Part shown: one piece after another, positions 23,059 to 33,887 of the stretch
Layout of the letters: each line of letters begins with the position of its first letter
Numbering within the stretch: position 1 is the first letter of the stretch
Assembly (NCBI GenBank): GCA_004764695.1
Contig: SMSO01000031.1
Coordinates: forward strand, 8,476,761-8,540,760
DNA length: 64,000 nucleotides
Origin: Schizochytrium sp. TIO01
Lineage: Eukaryota; Protista; Bigyra: Labyrinthulomycetes
Direction of reading: 5' to 3'
Program-made: the position numbers and the translations under genes
The notes under the pieces: generated by a model
Told to the model about the DNA's origin: nothing
Databases searched by the model: none
Seen by the model: the letters and a program-made list of their open reading frames with translations, nothing else

Positions 23059-24687
23059 ATGGCAGTGGTGCTGGATGTCTCGAAGAAACAGCTGCATGAG
23101 CTTGTGGACGACGCCGGCCTTGGCGGCAAATTCGCAGCTGTAGGACTCGTGAGCGATGAAACTGCTCTAGACAAACTTGAAAGCAACAAAGCCTTCGGTA
23201 GTCAGGATGACTTAGTGAGTCAGGCAGCAACTCTCGCGGTGCAGGTTCAATTTGTGGTGCAGCAAATCATGCGTGAGCTTGGACCTTTAGACAAAATAGA
23301 GAGATATTGGCGTCGCAGACTGCGTGAAAGGTTCACAATTCTGGGGCTCGTACGTCTGAAGATTGCCCCCGATGACCCTGCGGAAGAAATCATTCAGGTT
23401 CGGGAGCAACAAATTCTGGGTAGACGTGCACTCGGACGATGTGAAATCATCATGCATGGACTTCAACGCGTATCTAGTGGGGAGTTGAGCGGCGCAGAAG
23501 CCAAAACACAAATTCGGGCTGCAGAGGAATTCCTTGACCAAATAATGCACCTTGAAGGAGGCGCTTCGCACCCGGAACGCGTGAGAGCACTCCTCGATGA
23601 TAGAAAGCAAGCCCTCACTGTCGATGGAGACCGTGTAAGCAACCTGAAAGAGCGCGTGCCGCTATTCGACCGTCTTTTTACGCCCAAACAAGTCCTCAAA
23701 ATCGCAGTGGGCGGCGTCGCAGCATTTTTTGTAGCACGTAATGCCCTTCGTTTCATTCGTTTCGTGACAAGTGTGGACGATGAGACGGGAGGCGGGATTG
23801 TACACAAGGCTCAGACTGGAATTGTCAAGCTACGCACCGAGGCTACAGATGCAGCCACAAATATCAAAGCGGGTCATTTGCCTCTCCGCCAGCAAGCTGT
23901 CCTGTTTTATGATTGGATCTGTGACCATGTTATTCTCCCGTCGCGCTCCATTGCCGAGCAGATGTTTCTACGCTCAGAGCGAGAAGCATCCAAACGGTCT
24001 TCTGATGAGATGGCCGTGAAGGATGCCCGCCAGAGTCTGCGCCGAATGATTGAAAACCATCGTGAGGCTACGAACGGTCCGCATGAAATCCCTGAAAGCA
24101 AGATCACCGAGTCTGATCTCAAACTAATCTCCAGAGATTATGAAAAAGAAATCCAAGCTCCTATCCGCGGGGTGGTTTCGGGCCATCTCGTAGAGCTCGC
24201 TCTTATTCAAGTTCAATATGTCAAAACTGAGTTGCTCGATGCTATGCTCTTGATTGATACCCTCTTGGAGGAAAACAAGTTCAATACTCAACTTGTTGTG
24301 CTTGCTCCAGCGCTGCTCATGCTGGGAGCGCTCTACAACGGGACACGGTCTCTGTACTACATGCTCATCAATGATACGCAGAGCCGGAACCAAGTCCGTA
24401 GGAATTTACGTGATGAAGCGCTTGAGCTTGCTGCTAGTCTGAACGCTCTTCATCGTTCTCCAGCTAGTAATTCACAGTCACAGGTTGAAGAACGCCATGC
24501 GGAGCGTGAAGGTCGAATTACTGAGGCTGCTTTCCGGCTTCGTCGCACGATGGCAAACTCCCCTATGCTTCATGTTGAGGATCCTGACGAGATCCTTAGT
24601 GCAGTGTTGGGTCGTACTGGCCTCTCCCCCGATGCTCGCATGGCCGCATGTAACCAGCTTTTGTTGCTAATTTGCACAGCCGCATGA
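23059..24687 (+). CDS. NCA2: NCA2/DGS1-family mitochondrial membrane protein (nuclear control of ATPase 2 domain)
   Basis: Family block YEKEIQAPIRGVVSGHLVELALIQVQYVKTELLDAMLLIDTLLEENKFN..LAPA plus two hydrophobic segments. ATG at 23059. Confidence 0.85.
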   Translation: MAVVLDVSKKQLHELVDDAGLGGKFAAVGLVSDETALDKLESNKAFGSQDDLVSQAATLAVQVQFVVQQIMRELGPLDKIERYWRRRLRERFTILGLVRLKIAPDDPAEEIIQVREQQILGRRALGRCEIIMHGLQRVSSGELSGAEAKTQIRAAEEFLDQIMHLEGGASHPERVRALLDDRKQALTVDGDRVSNLKERVPLFDRLFTPKQVLKIAVGGVAAFFVARNALRFIRFVTSVDDETGGGIVHKAQTGIVKLRTEATDAATNIKAGHLPLRQQAVLFYDWICDHVILPSRSIAEQMFLRSEREASKRSSDEMAVKDARQSLRRMIENHREATNGPHEIPESKITESDLKLISRDYEKEIQAPIRGVVSGHLVELALIQVQYVKTELLDAMLLIDTLLEENKFNTQLVVLAPALLMLGALYNGTRSLYYMLINDTQSRNQVRRNLRDEALELAASLNALHRSPASNSQSQVEERHAEREGRITEAAFRLRRTMANSPMLHVEDPDEILSAVLGRTGLSPDARMAACNQLLLLICTAA

Positions 24688-24984
24688 TTTGATGGAACCG
24701 TTTATTGGTTAGTGTGCTAAATGATTTTGATTCCAGCATATTTTATTTTTTTAATTTAAAAAAGAAAGAAAAAAAGTCTTAATTAATGTTGAACTCGTCT
24801 GCACCATGCAATTTTTACTTGACTTCAACACAACAATGCAAAATACGTCTAGGCAGATTTAATATACGCCCCAACAAACCGAGCTTTGAGTGGTAGTCTT
24901 GAGAGTCGTAGCTAAGCTATGTTGTCGTAAGAAAATGTACCATTTGCCAACAATGTTTTTATAGCATCACTGACTTGCCAATCT

Positions 24985-25190
24985 TCCTTGTGGGAGGTTG
25001 TATATTTATTTAGTTAAAAAAAAATTAAATTAAATTAATCTATGTTCAAGTTTTCTAATATTAAAATTAGAAATAATATTATTATTTTTTCCCTCAAGCA
25101 TCCTTGTGGGAGGTTATATATTTATTTAGTTAAAAAATGAAATAAAAATGTAATATTTTTGTTCAAGCTTTCTTATTTAAAAATTAATCT
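24985..25190. repeat. Diverged AT-rich tandem duplication, period 116 bp
   Basis: TCCTTGTGGGAGGTT.TATATTTATTTAGTTAAAAAA...TGTTCAAG occurs at 24985 and 25101. Confidence 0.85.
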
Positions 25191-26377
25191 TTTTTTGTTC
25201 TTATTATTCGTGGTTGAACAATAGAAAATTTCAACAAATCCGTTGAGTTTTTGTATAAGCAATCACTGATGTGTCCAGTTTGTGCTCAGCATCTCTCATT
25301 TTGGCGGCCATCCAATAACTAGAATATATCCTCAGAAAACAACATGCAAATGCAACTTACATTTCATTCTACCTCCTTAGCTGTCGGGAACCAGACTCGG
25401 CAAAAAACAAAACAACAGTACAGTCAAACGGAAGCTTCTCAGTGTGATCATCGAGATAGTCCTCGACGCTTCTTCTGAAATAGCGGAAACAGCGGAATAG
25501 TTTCTCCTGCACACTGTTATTGTGAAATTATTGTTAAAAACGGCCACGGAAACCCGCAACAGCGAACATTCGTATAGTTCGCCTACTGACTACTTAACGA
25601 AAATGTCCTTTAAATACACGCGCTCTAAAATAAAAGACAAGCAATCTATAGTTTCGAATCTCCATGACATTATCACATATTCTATAATGACATATGTGTT
25701 CATAGCGTTCAAGAAAGACTTGGATTGATTCAAAGAGAGATGGTTCGTTGGCCATTAAACAATTTTAATATAGTAAACGCTCTTTCTTTATGTTTGAAGT
25801 TCTCATTTGCCATGCAGGATCAGTTTCACGATAAATGAGTGCCTCGTAAAGAGCTGTAGAACATTTTGTAGGAGAAAATTGTAAACTACCATAAATACTA
25901 ATTACTTTGTTGCGTTTGCAGATAACACAAGTCAATTGTCGGAATATTCTGTACACCTATTGACACGTCAATGGTAAAGGCTTTTTCTTGGTGCCACAAA
26001 CAAACATACATACACACGAAGGTTTAAGCAGCAAATTCTTAAAATCTCATCGATTCTAAGCTATCATACTGTGTCGAGTTTCATCTTTTCGTGGGGCAAA
26101 AGGTAGCAGGAAAGACATCAACGCGACAAGCTCAGAAATATTGAATGTAAAGTAGACATCCATACGTGGAATCTAGACTTTACATGGATTAGAGAACCCT
26201 TCTTGCTTGTGGCAAAAGCTATGGAACCATTTCAGCAGAGCAATAGTGACGTTTCTCAAACTGGCTCACAGCTCTTCCTTGGCAAAGCAGCTGCGCCAGC
26301 CGTCCATGCCCCCAAGAAAGGACGTACACCTAAACTTTCCTTTGTTGCTCCCCATGTGAAAAGCTCAATAACAAACA

Positions 26378-29300
26378 ATGGAAAATACAAACAAAGAGTT
26401 GGATTCTTCTCAAAATAAAGCTGCAAAGTGTATACAAGATTTTATCAGGGAAACAACGATCAAGCAAATTCGCAAACAAGTCAAGCATCAGATCGAGCAG
26501 AGTTATCTACAACTTCAATTTCACCGCGAGGATATATTCTCTGATTCTGCTCAGCAGATTGATGATGATGTTGGTAATCTTTGTGGTCTTACCCCCGGTA
26601 TTTTGCAGTGGCTACTACGTACCAAAGGGACACAAGCGCTGGCATCACGCTCTACTCACCTTCTTCAAGGGGCAGTTCTTTGCATTACCATTGCAAAACT
26701 TTCTCAATTCATAGAAGAAAATGAATTATCGTTTTCACGTCAAGGATTAGTCTTGGGCAGTTACTTAGATCCCATCGCTAACGATGGAAGTAAACCACAG
26801 GTCAGCCATTCTTCAGGAGACATGCTTTCTCAGCTTTGGAGCAAGATTATAAATCATATAAATCGGTTCGAGGGGGACATAATGAAATATTATGATGAGA
26901 CCCTTCAAGTTATCTTCCCGTTGGAGGCCCTCTTCCCTCAGGAGAAAAAGATAAACGTCACGAGACTTCAATGTCAAAGAAGAGCTCTTCTTTGCGCTCT
27001 TGAACTGTCAAAAGCTTTTCAAACTCTTGAAATAAATGAAATAGTACTTGCAAAAGATCACATGGAACTTCAAATGGGACTTGCTTTTGGAGAATTCCAG
27101 TTGGATATACTTGGTTCTTCAACGCGACGGGAGTTCCTTGTATCTGGTGAGACGTACTTTGAAGCCTTAACCTATGTGAAAAGTCATTACCATTTGAAAT
27201 ACTCGCTCACAAAAGTATTGAGGATATCACAAGTCAGCTCGTGCTCTCAAGCACATTTGTAAGATTAAGGATCAACGATCCTAACACACATACTAAAGAT
27301 CTTCATGAAAGTCTACTTCAAAGTAAGGACTACATAAACCTGTGCCAACATGATGATCCATACGGGTTTGGCAATATGGCTGGTCAACTTAATACTGTTA
27401 GGATGACTCCTTCTTTCTCCAGCTTTATAAAACTGGACAACTCGTCTGAAATTCGGTACACGAGCGGATTGCGTTCGATTAATCCGAGTAGTTCATTTAC
27501 GGGCACGAGAGATAATTTACTTCGTGAAAACAGTAACGCTACATTTTTCAGTCGGCGTCCGTCAAACCTACTTGAGGAACTCCCTCTCCAAGTGAGTATT
27601 GCCCCGTTTGTTCCTAGTCGACTTATGGTCAACTTGGTGCTTGAGAAATTCGTACCACAATTTGAACGCACATATTACTCTGCTGCTACGCTCGTTATTC
27701 CTGACATAGTTCTAGATAAGAAAAAAGCTGACCTTAAGCGGACCCAGCTGTGCCATTCTCTGGTTTCGAATCATGTACGCGCTCAACTTGGAGAGCTGGT
27801 GAATGCTTGGGTCGATGGGCGTGGGTATGTAATTTTAGCTCTTTTTGGAGAACTGTGTACCAACCCAGAGGCCATGTGTGTTGCAGCAATGATGAATATT
27901 ATACAATCTTTGGGCGACTTGAATATAAGTGTAGGAATTGGAGTAGCATCTGGACTTTGTAGAGTTGGGCTTGTAGGATATTCATATCGATTCGTTTATT
28001 GTTGTACAGGTAGAAATAAAGATTTGTCATTAAATCTAGCAAGTCGTGCAGCTTCACCAATACGCTTTAAGTCTTGGAACAAGTCTATAATTCTAGTAGA
28101 CCAAAATGACGTTTCTTGGATTGCCCAAATACAATACGCAAGAGTTTGCTATGGGTCTACTCTTTATACACGGTTTCGAAGAAAATCTTGAAGTATTTAT
28201 GCCACTCATAGATGCATCACAAGCACCTAGCGAAGAGAACCAACAGTTGTTTGTCGAACTATCCTTTCTAGGTAGAGTAGAGGTTGTTAAGGCTGCAAGC
28301 GTAGATGGTCTTGTTCACGACCACTCCAAATGGCAACGGTTGGAAAGGACAGGTATGAACATTTCAAGGCTCACTCTTGGAATAAAAAATGCCAAAACTG
28401 TACAAGCGATTATCAAGGTTATTACTATCATGAGCCTCGTTAGCCCTCGAATACACATTGCTATATTAGATTCTTTCTTCGCAGATACTTTGATGACAGC
28501 AGAGGAATTAATGGATGCAGTGAAGGATATTCAGCAGCGGCTCCAGATGGTGCAAAGCCTAGGCCAGGGACTTTATAAGGCAAATAGCGTCACAGACACT
28601 TTTCTGCCTATCTATGCGAGCTTAATGCCAGCGTTTCGAATGCAGACTCATGCACGGCTTGCTGACATATATAAGTCCCATTTAGTCATCAGTGGGTTGG
28701 AAGGTATGTCACGAAGGGTTCTACGTATCATCATTGGATCTCATTACTCAAGAGCTGGCGCGAATCGATGCTTCGAAGGGGCAGTCTACATGAATCAAGC
28801 TCTGTCACAATGTCTTCGAGAGGATCCTCAAAAGGCGATCATGCTGGCGAAGGAAAGTTGTCAAATAACAACCTTATGGCAGAGCTTACAGATGGCTCGT
28901 GGTGAATTAATATCCGCGCAGGCTCAATTTCGTGTAGGTAGATATTATAGGAAATTAGGCAAAGAAAAGAAGAGTTTTCACTCACTGGTAGGCTGCCTGC
29001 GCTCATTCCAGGAGTTGAGCCCATTGCTACATCCAAAATGCTCCAACAAAACAATGTGTTCGTATTTTAACACAGACATTGAGATTTGCGACTGTCATTC
29101 TCTTGCGCAAGATTTTAAGGGCTTTTTATTTATTCACCATGCGCAGGATCAATACTCAAAGTTTCATTTTCGGTGTCTCAAGGTTCGTACTACCCCAACA
29201 AGCTTTATGGTGGGCCCAGTGGAATGCATACTTAATGATTCAATTGAAGATGAAAAACCGAACTCAACTATTAATTGTGAGATGCAACGAATCAGCATAG

Positions 29301-29572
29301 AGGAAGCTGAGAAACATTACAAGCTCGGTATTCCACCCTTAGGGCCAAGCCAAAGTGCCTTCTATCGTATCCGCCTAATGAATCGACACTCCAGAGATTA
29401 CATTCTTCAAAGTTTTTACTACCTGGGAGAAATTTCACTCAAAACTCAAGCACGAGAGATGACACGGGTCCCAGAAAAGGTGCGGGGGGGAACTTCAGCA
29501 TCTGTTCCACGATCAAGTCAAGACACAAATAAGGATGACCAGCCAAAATCTAAAACATGTGCAATTCAATAA
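26378..29572 (+). pseudogene. Frameshifted soluble-adenylyl-cyclase (ADCY10/STAND-type)-like gene: IQ motif, two degenerate class III cyclase domains, helical/TPR region, C-terminal CaaX
   Basis: Three overlapping ORFs join into one ~1060-aa protein through single-base indels at ~27165-27170 and 28103-28106. Cyclase-fold motifs: INRFEGDIMKYYDETLQVIF, LQMGLAFG..LGSSTRREFLVSGE, VGIGVASGLCRVGLVGYSYR, LNLASR, IILVD. IQ-like AAKCIQDFIR; ends CAIQ*. Could instead be an intact gene with assembly errors. Confidence 0.7.
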
Positions 29573-30175
29573 GACATCTTTCTCAAATTAGATATCAGTA
29601 GATATCATTTTGATTTTTGGTGGTTGAGGCCACTTGCATGATGAGCTACCGATTACGTAATCTAGACTCTATTTTGACGCTTGGGACTACAATTTCTTTA
29701 TACTACACTCTACCACTTCTTCTTATTATTATTATTATTTTACAAAAATTGACTACCGTGACCAAGAAGAAGAGGTATTAGTTGAAATACTTCTTATTTC
29801 CAAACTCCTGGAAAGGCCCAAACTTACCGAGGTTAACACCTTTCCTACTGCCCAGTATCAAATAGATTTTTTTTTCTATACCTGTAGCTTAAGTTTTGCA
29901 TGAAACCCAACTCAAGAAGGATTACTTTCGGTAACCTTAAAAGGGATCGCACATAGTAGTAGCAAAATTATGAAGAATACTTGTTTGGGAAATACTGATA
30001 GGCATAGTAGTAGTATTAATAGTATCATTGACAGTAGAATTTTTTAGCAGTAGTACTACTAGTTACGGAAGCAACTAAAACATAAAGCATCAGAAGCGCA
30101 ACCACGCAACTATCTGGTTCCACTGCATCACGCTGCAAGTAGATACAGTTGGAATCTTTTGAGTCAACCACAAGC

Positions 30176-31924
30176 ATGTCACTTGAGGCTGTCCAAGCTT
30201 TTGCAGATGGAGGACTTCTTTTGCGAGCAACGAACGGTCTCGCAGCAGCTGACAACGATGTCAGGAACTTGGTGAAGAGCAGCAACCAAGACGCATCTAA
30301 AGCTTCTCTTGAAAGGATTCTGAAAGAAATCGTGCACGCACAAGGTAGCTGGACACTCCTTCATGCATGTTTCATGGTTCTTGTTGCACAAGATCTTCCA
30401 GAAGATAGTAAAGCAATTATCCTTGAAACATTGAGTAGAAGCGAGCTATTCCATGCGAAAATAGCGAGGAACAGGTACGAAGAATACTCTGTGCTTGTGA
30501 GAATGCTCCACATTACTACCCTGCTACTTGCAAAGCAGCGTGACCTAGCAGCTATTCAAGATGCATATGCCAAACTGCAGCTTGAGCTTATGGGTCAAGT
30601 GGCGGGAGTAGAGACCCATGGGATAAAGCCTTTCTCCCAACTTCACAAATCAGCCCGGCGCTTATTACGTCTAGGAGTATTTATCACAGTAAGTGATTAC
30701 TCGTGCTTTAGTGACAATGATCCAACGCATCCTTCGACCAACTCTCAAGATCTTCTTTTTGAAATATTGTCAAACTTGCGCAAGGGTACCTCGATATTAG
30801 CACCGAAATTCGATTCGTTACGTTTCATGTCCAAGGCCATGCAGGAAGCCAAAGATGACCCAAATACACTTCTACTTCTAGGTTGTCTTCTCCGCCAGGA
30901 GGGGAAACTTCAGGAATCTCTAGAATGTCTAGAGGCAAGCATCAAAGTAGCTAGGGATCCAGGGTATGAGATTCTGAAATCAAGAGCCCTACTGGAGACT
31001 ATACTTGCAGTGGTAGATTCTGGGGCTGAACCCACCCAAGAAATGATTCACCTTTTTGATCGACAACTAAAAGCTTGGCAGGAAGAGTCTTGTGGCTCTT
31101 GCAAAATAAATTCACAGTACACATTTATGGTAGATAATGGGTACTGCTCACGTTGTGAAAGCAGATGCCAACTGACATGTTTAGGTCTAGAGCTTTTTCT
31201 CGCCTGCTTACGAAGTGATAAGTTAGAACTCGCAGATTTGATACTAGAGAGAGCAAAGTCGTGGAATAGATCATTCCCATGCGATGAAGCGCTTCTTTGC
31301 TTTGCTCGTAATATAGCGAAGAATGGTGCTCAATGCACTGACAGTAAACAGTATAGTCATTCTGGAGGAGTACAGGAGAAGCTCTTGCGAGCGCATGAGT
31401 GTCTTCGGGTTCATGGCGTTCATGCATGCATGGATCAACTGGCACGCATATTAAATTCCAATGGGGTCGAAGTACCAATGAAGGGTGAAGGTGGTCTTTC
31501 ACATTTGGAGCGTTGGGAGGCTCGGGTCAATCAGGCTATACTTACCTTCAGCACAGCTCAAGAAGCGGGGTACCCATTGAGTGGTGTTACAGTTCAACTA
31601 ATGCGTGATGCTTACGAAGATATTTCCATGTTTTCTTCAAGTCTTGTGGCTAAACGAATAGCTGCAGATGTACTGTATAATTTAACTTTGATGGAGTTCT
31701 ATTCTGGAGAAATAGAACAAGCGGTTAAAAGGTGGCTGACTTTTCGTAAATTGTACTCTTTAAGCATGCAGGAGCTGGAGATTGAGCTTGTTCGAACTCA
31801 AGGTGACCTTGCTGTTAGCGACTCAGGCTCAGAGATTGTAACTAGGCTTGAACTGGATCGATGTTGTCTTGAGCAACGTGTATGGCAATTGCGTCAGAAG
31901 GAGGAAAGTTGCGCAGACAAATAA
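30176..31924 (+). CDS. Alpha-helical TPR-like protein, possibly FANCG-related
   Basis: 582-aa intronless ORF from ATG 30176; Leu-rich helical composition; TPR-like segments [26 protein letters not shown] and [22 protein letters not shown]. The coding call is firm; the family call is tentative. Confidence 0.8.
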   Translation: [582 protein letters not shown]

Positions 31925-32264
31925 ATCACAATGTTCGCGTTTGGTTTACGCATATTACTATCAAATTACATGGTTAATTTAATAGAGGATTCCTTTTCCC
32001 GAGCGAATCTGGAACCTTTCAGGACGGAATCCATCATTCTATAATTAGGCGTTGTGCATAATAATATGAATCCTCCTTTACCCATATAAAGCGATTCAGT
32101 CAAACATGTGTTGTTCTACCATGTTCCTACTAATGGATGCTTTTGAGGGGACTCGATTTGATGGATGGGCACTACTACAGTATTGTTAGCATCACAATCT
32201 AAAAACATGAATCTGGCGATAAGATGCCATCAGTGTAGTTATATGAAAATGAAATAAAATAGGC

Positions 32265-33887
32265 TTAAGACTTTTGCTTTTTCTTAATCGATCCACCGCC
32301 AGAGGTTTTGCTACCTCTCTTTTTGCCGTTTGCTTCTTGTTGCTCTTGCTTGTGCTTGTCATAAGCTTCTTTAATTCGATTCATGTTCTCTTTAGAAGTG
32401 GCAGTATGATCCTCGATAATACGGTCGGGGTAGTCTTTCCCAATTATACATTTTGCCTTTTCCTGCACATCTTGCGGGGCTTTCCAGGGCTCATAGATGT
32501 ATTTCGCGGGAAATTTTTTGAGGACTGGGACATATTTGCGAATGTAATCTCCATTAGCATCAGTCTTCTTTCCAAAGGCTATAGGTGAGTAACACCGAAA
32601 GTATTGGTAAAAGAAAGCGCTACAACTAAGCCACATCCAGTTGCAGCTGTTGACAGACCAGTCAGCATCAATTAGCAATCGATCAAACACCTCGAATCCC
32701 TTTTCCCAGCTAACAAAAATATCTCCACGAGTGAGAAAGCATGCCACCATGTGGCGAGCGAGGTGATGAATCCAACCTTCTTCTCGAAGTTGTGTCATAA
32801 TGGCATCCACAAAAGGGTACCCAGTTTGCCCCTTTTCCCATTTTTCAAAAAGTTCCTTAGCTTGGTCATCCCAATCCCATGGGATTTGACGTGCTAGTGG
32901 GTTACCTCGCATCTTGCTAATATCTTCATCTGTGAACCAGCCAATAGTATACCAATGCTCACGCCAGAGAAGCTGCCCAGCCAAGGAAATAGGGGGCTGC
33001 GTTGGCTTTCCCTTGGCCTCTTTCTCGGCCTTCTTCACAGCGTGCCACGCACGTCGAAAGCTGAGACAACCAGAGTTCAGGTACGGTGAGATGACTGTCG
33101 TTTGCGGTTCGATGCCATTTGGTGCAGTTTTGGGCTTCTCAAATTTAGCAACCCACTCAGGCTGGTCTTCGATAACTTTTTTCAATCGTTTGAGTGCTTC
33201 ATCTTCGCCCCCAGGAAATCGCAGCTTACGACGTTCACGATTCATGTTCTTATAAAACGTCTCGTCTGATTCTTTAGGTACCTGAAGATCCTTGACTTTG
33301 AGCTTATCTTTAATAGCATCAATAGCTTTTCTACCTTCATCTTCAGCAAAGGGAATTTTGCTGGGGGCGTCAATCGGTTTACGCACATCCCCACAACGAC
33401 TAAACAAAGTTTCGAAGCCACTCATGTTGGTGGGCACATCTCCTCCATTAAGGCGTTGCTCGTATAGGCCAGGAGGGTGCATCCAGTGTGCAGGTTCGTT
33501 GTGGACCTCAACGTTGGCTTTGTGAGCTAACTCAGTAACATCTTCGTCGATTTGCCGGCAATGCTTCTCCGGCTCTTCAGAGTAATCGAAACCAATCGCT
33601 TTAATCTCAGCAGCATCCCAGATTTTAGGAAGGACTTTTTCGGGTTCACCACGAACAAAAATAAGTCCTGACTTAACCCCGGATTTGCGCAGATTTTCGT
33701 CGAGGTTACGAAGGCTTTGCATGATGAATTCAAAGCGTACATCACCAACATTTTGAGGATTGCTGTGCCATTTGTCTAAAATGAACACAGGCAACACTGT
33801 GTCTGCGTTTTCCATGCAAGCTTTGAGCGTAGGGTTGTCGTGCAACCTCAGCGACTTTCTAAACCACATCATTTTGGTTCCCGTCAT
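32265..33887 (-). CDS. (6-4) photolyase / animal-like cryptochrome family protein
   Basis: WFRKSLRLHDNP, ISPYL..GCLS, GQLLWRE, TGYPFVDAIMTQLREEGWIHHLARH (both catalytic His), VACFLTRGD, DADWSVN..NWMWLS, basic C-terminal tail. Confidence 0.96.
   Translation of the reverse strand: MTGTKMMWFRKSLRLHDNPTLKACMENADTVLPVFILDKWHSNPQNVGDVRFEFIMQSLRNLDENLRKSGVKSGLIFVRGEPEKVLPKIWDAAEIKAIGFDYSEEPEKHCRQIDEDVTELAHKANVEVHNEPAHWMHPPGLYEQRLNGGDVPTNMSGFETLFSRCGDVRKPIDAPSKIPFAEDEGRKAIDAIKDKLKVKDLQVPKESDETFYKNMNRERRKLRFPGGEDEALKRLKKVIEDQPEWVAKFEKPKTAPNGIEPQTTVISPYLNSGCLSFRRAWHAVKKAEKEAKGKPTQPPISLAGQLLWREHWYTIGWFTDEDISKMRGNPLARQIPWDWDDQAKELFEKWEKGQTGYPFVDAIMTQLREEGWIHHLARHMVACFLTRGDIFVSWEKGFEVFDRLLIDADWSVNSCNWMWLSCSAFFYQYFRCYSPIAFGKKTDANGDYIRKYVPVLKKFPAKYIYEPWKAPQDVQEKAKCIIGKDYPDRIIEDHTATSKENMNRIKEAYDKHKQEQQEANGKKRGSKTSGGGSIKKKQKS

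Noticed and set aside
25340-25640. Protein-like minus-strand frames with internal TAA/TAG, raising the idea of stop-codon reassignment
   Set aside because: Conserved genes in the window end normally at TAA or TAG (TGA in NCA2) and contain no internal stops, so the standard code applies.
26203-26418. Upstream ORF as a separate gene
   Set aside because: Short and overlapping the cyclase-like ORF. It is either chance or a frameshifted N-terminal part of that gene, and ATG 26378 has a good start context.
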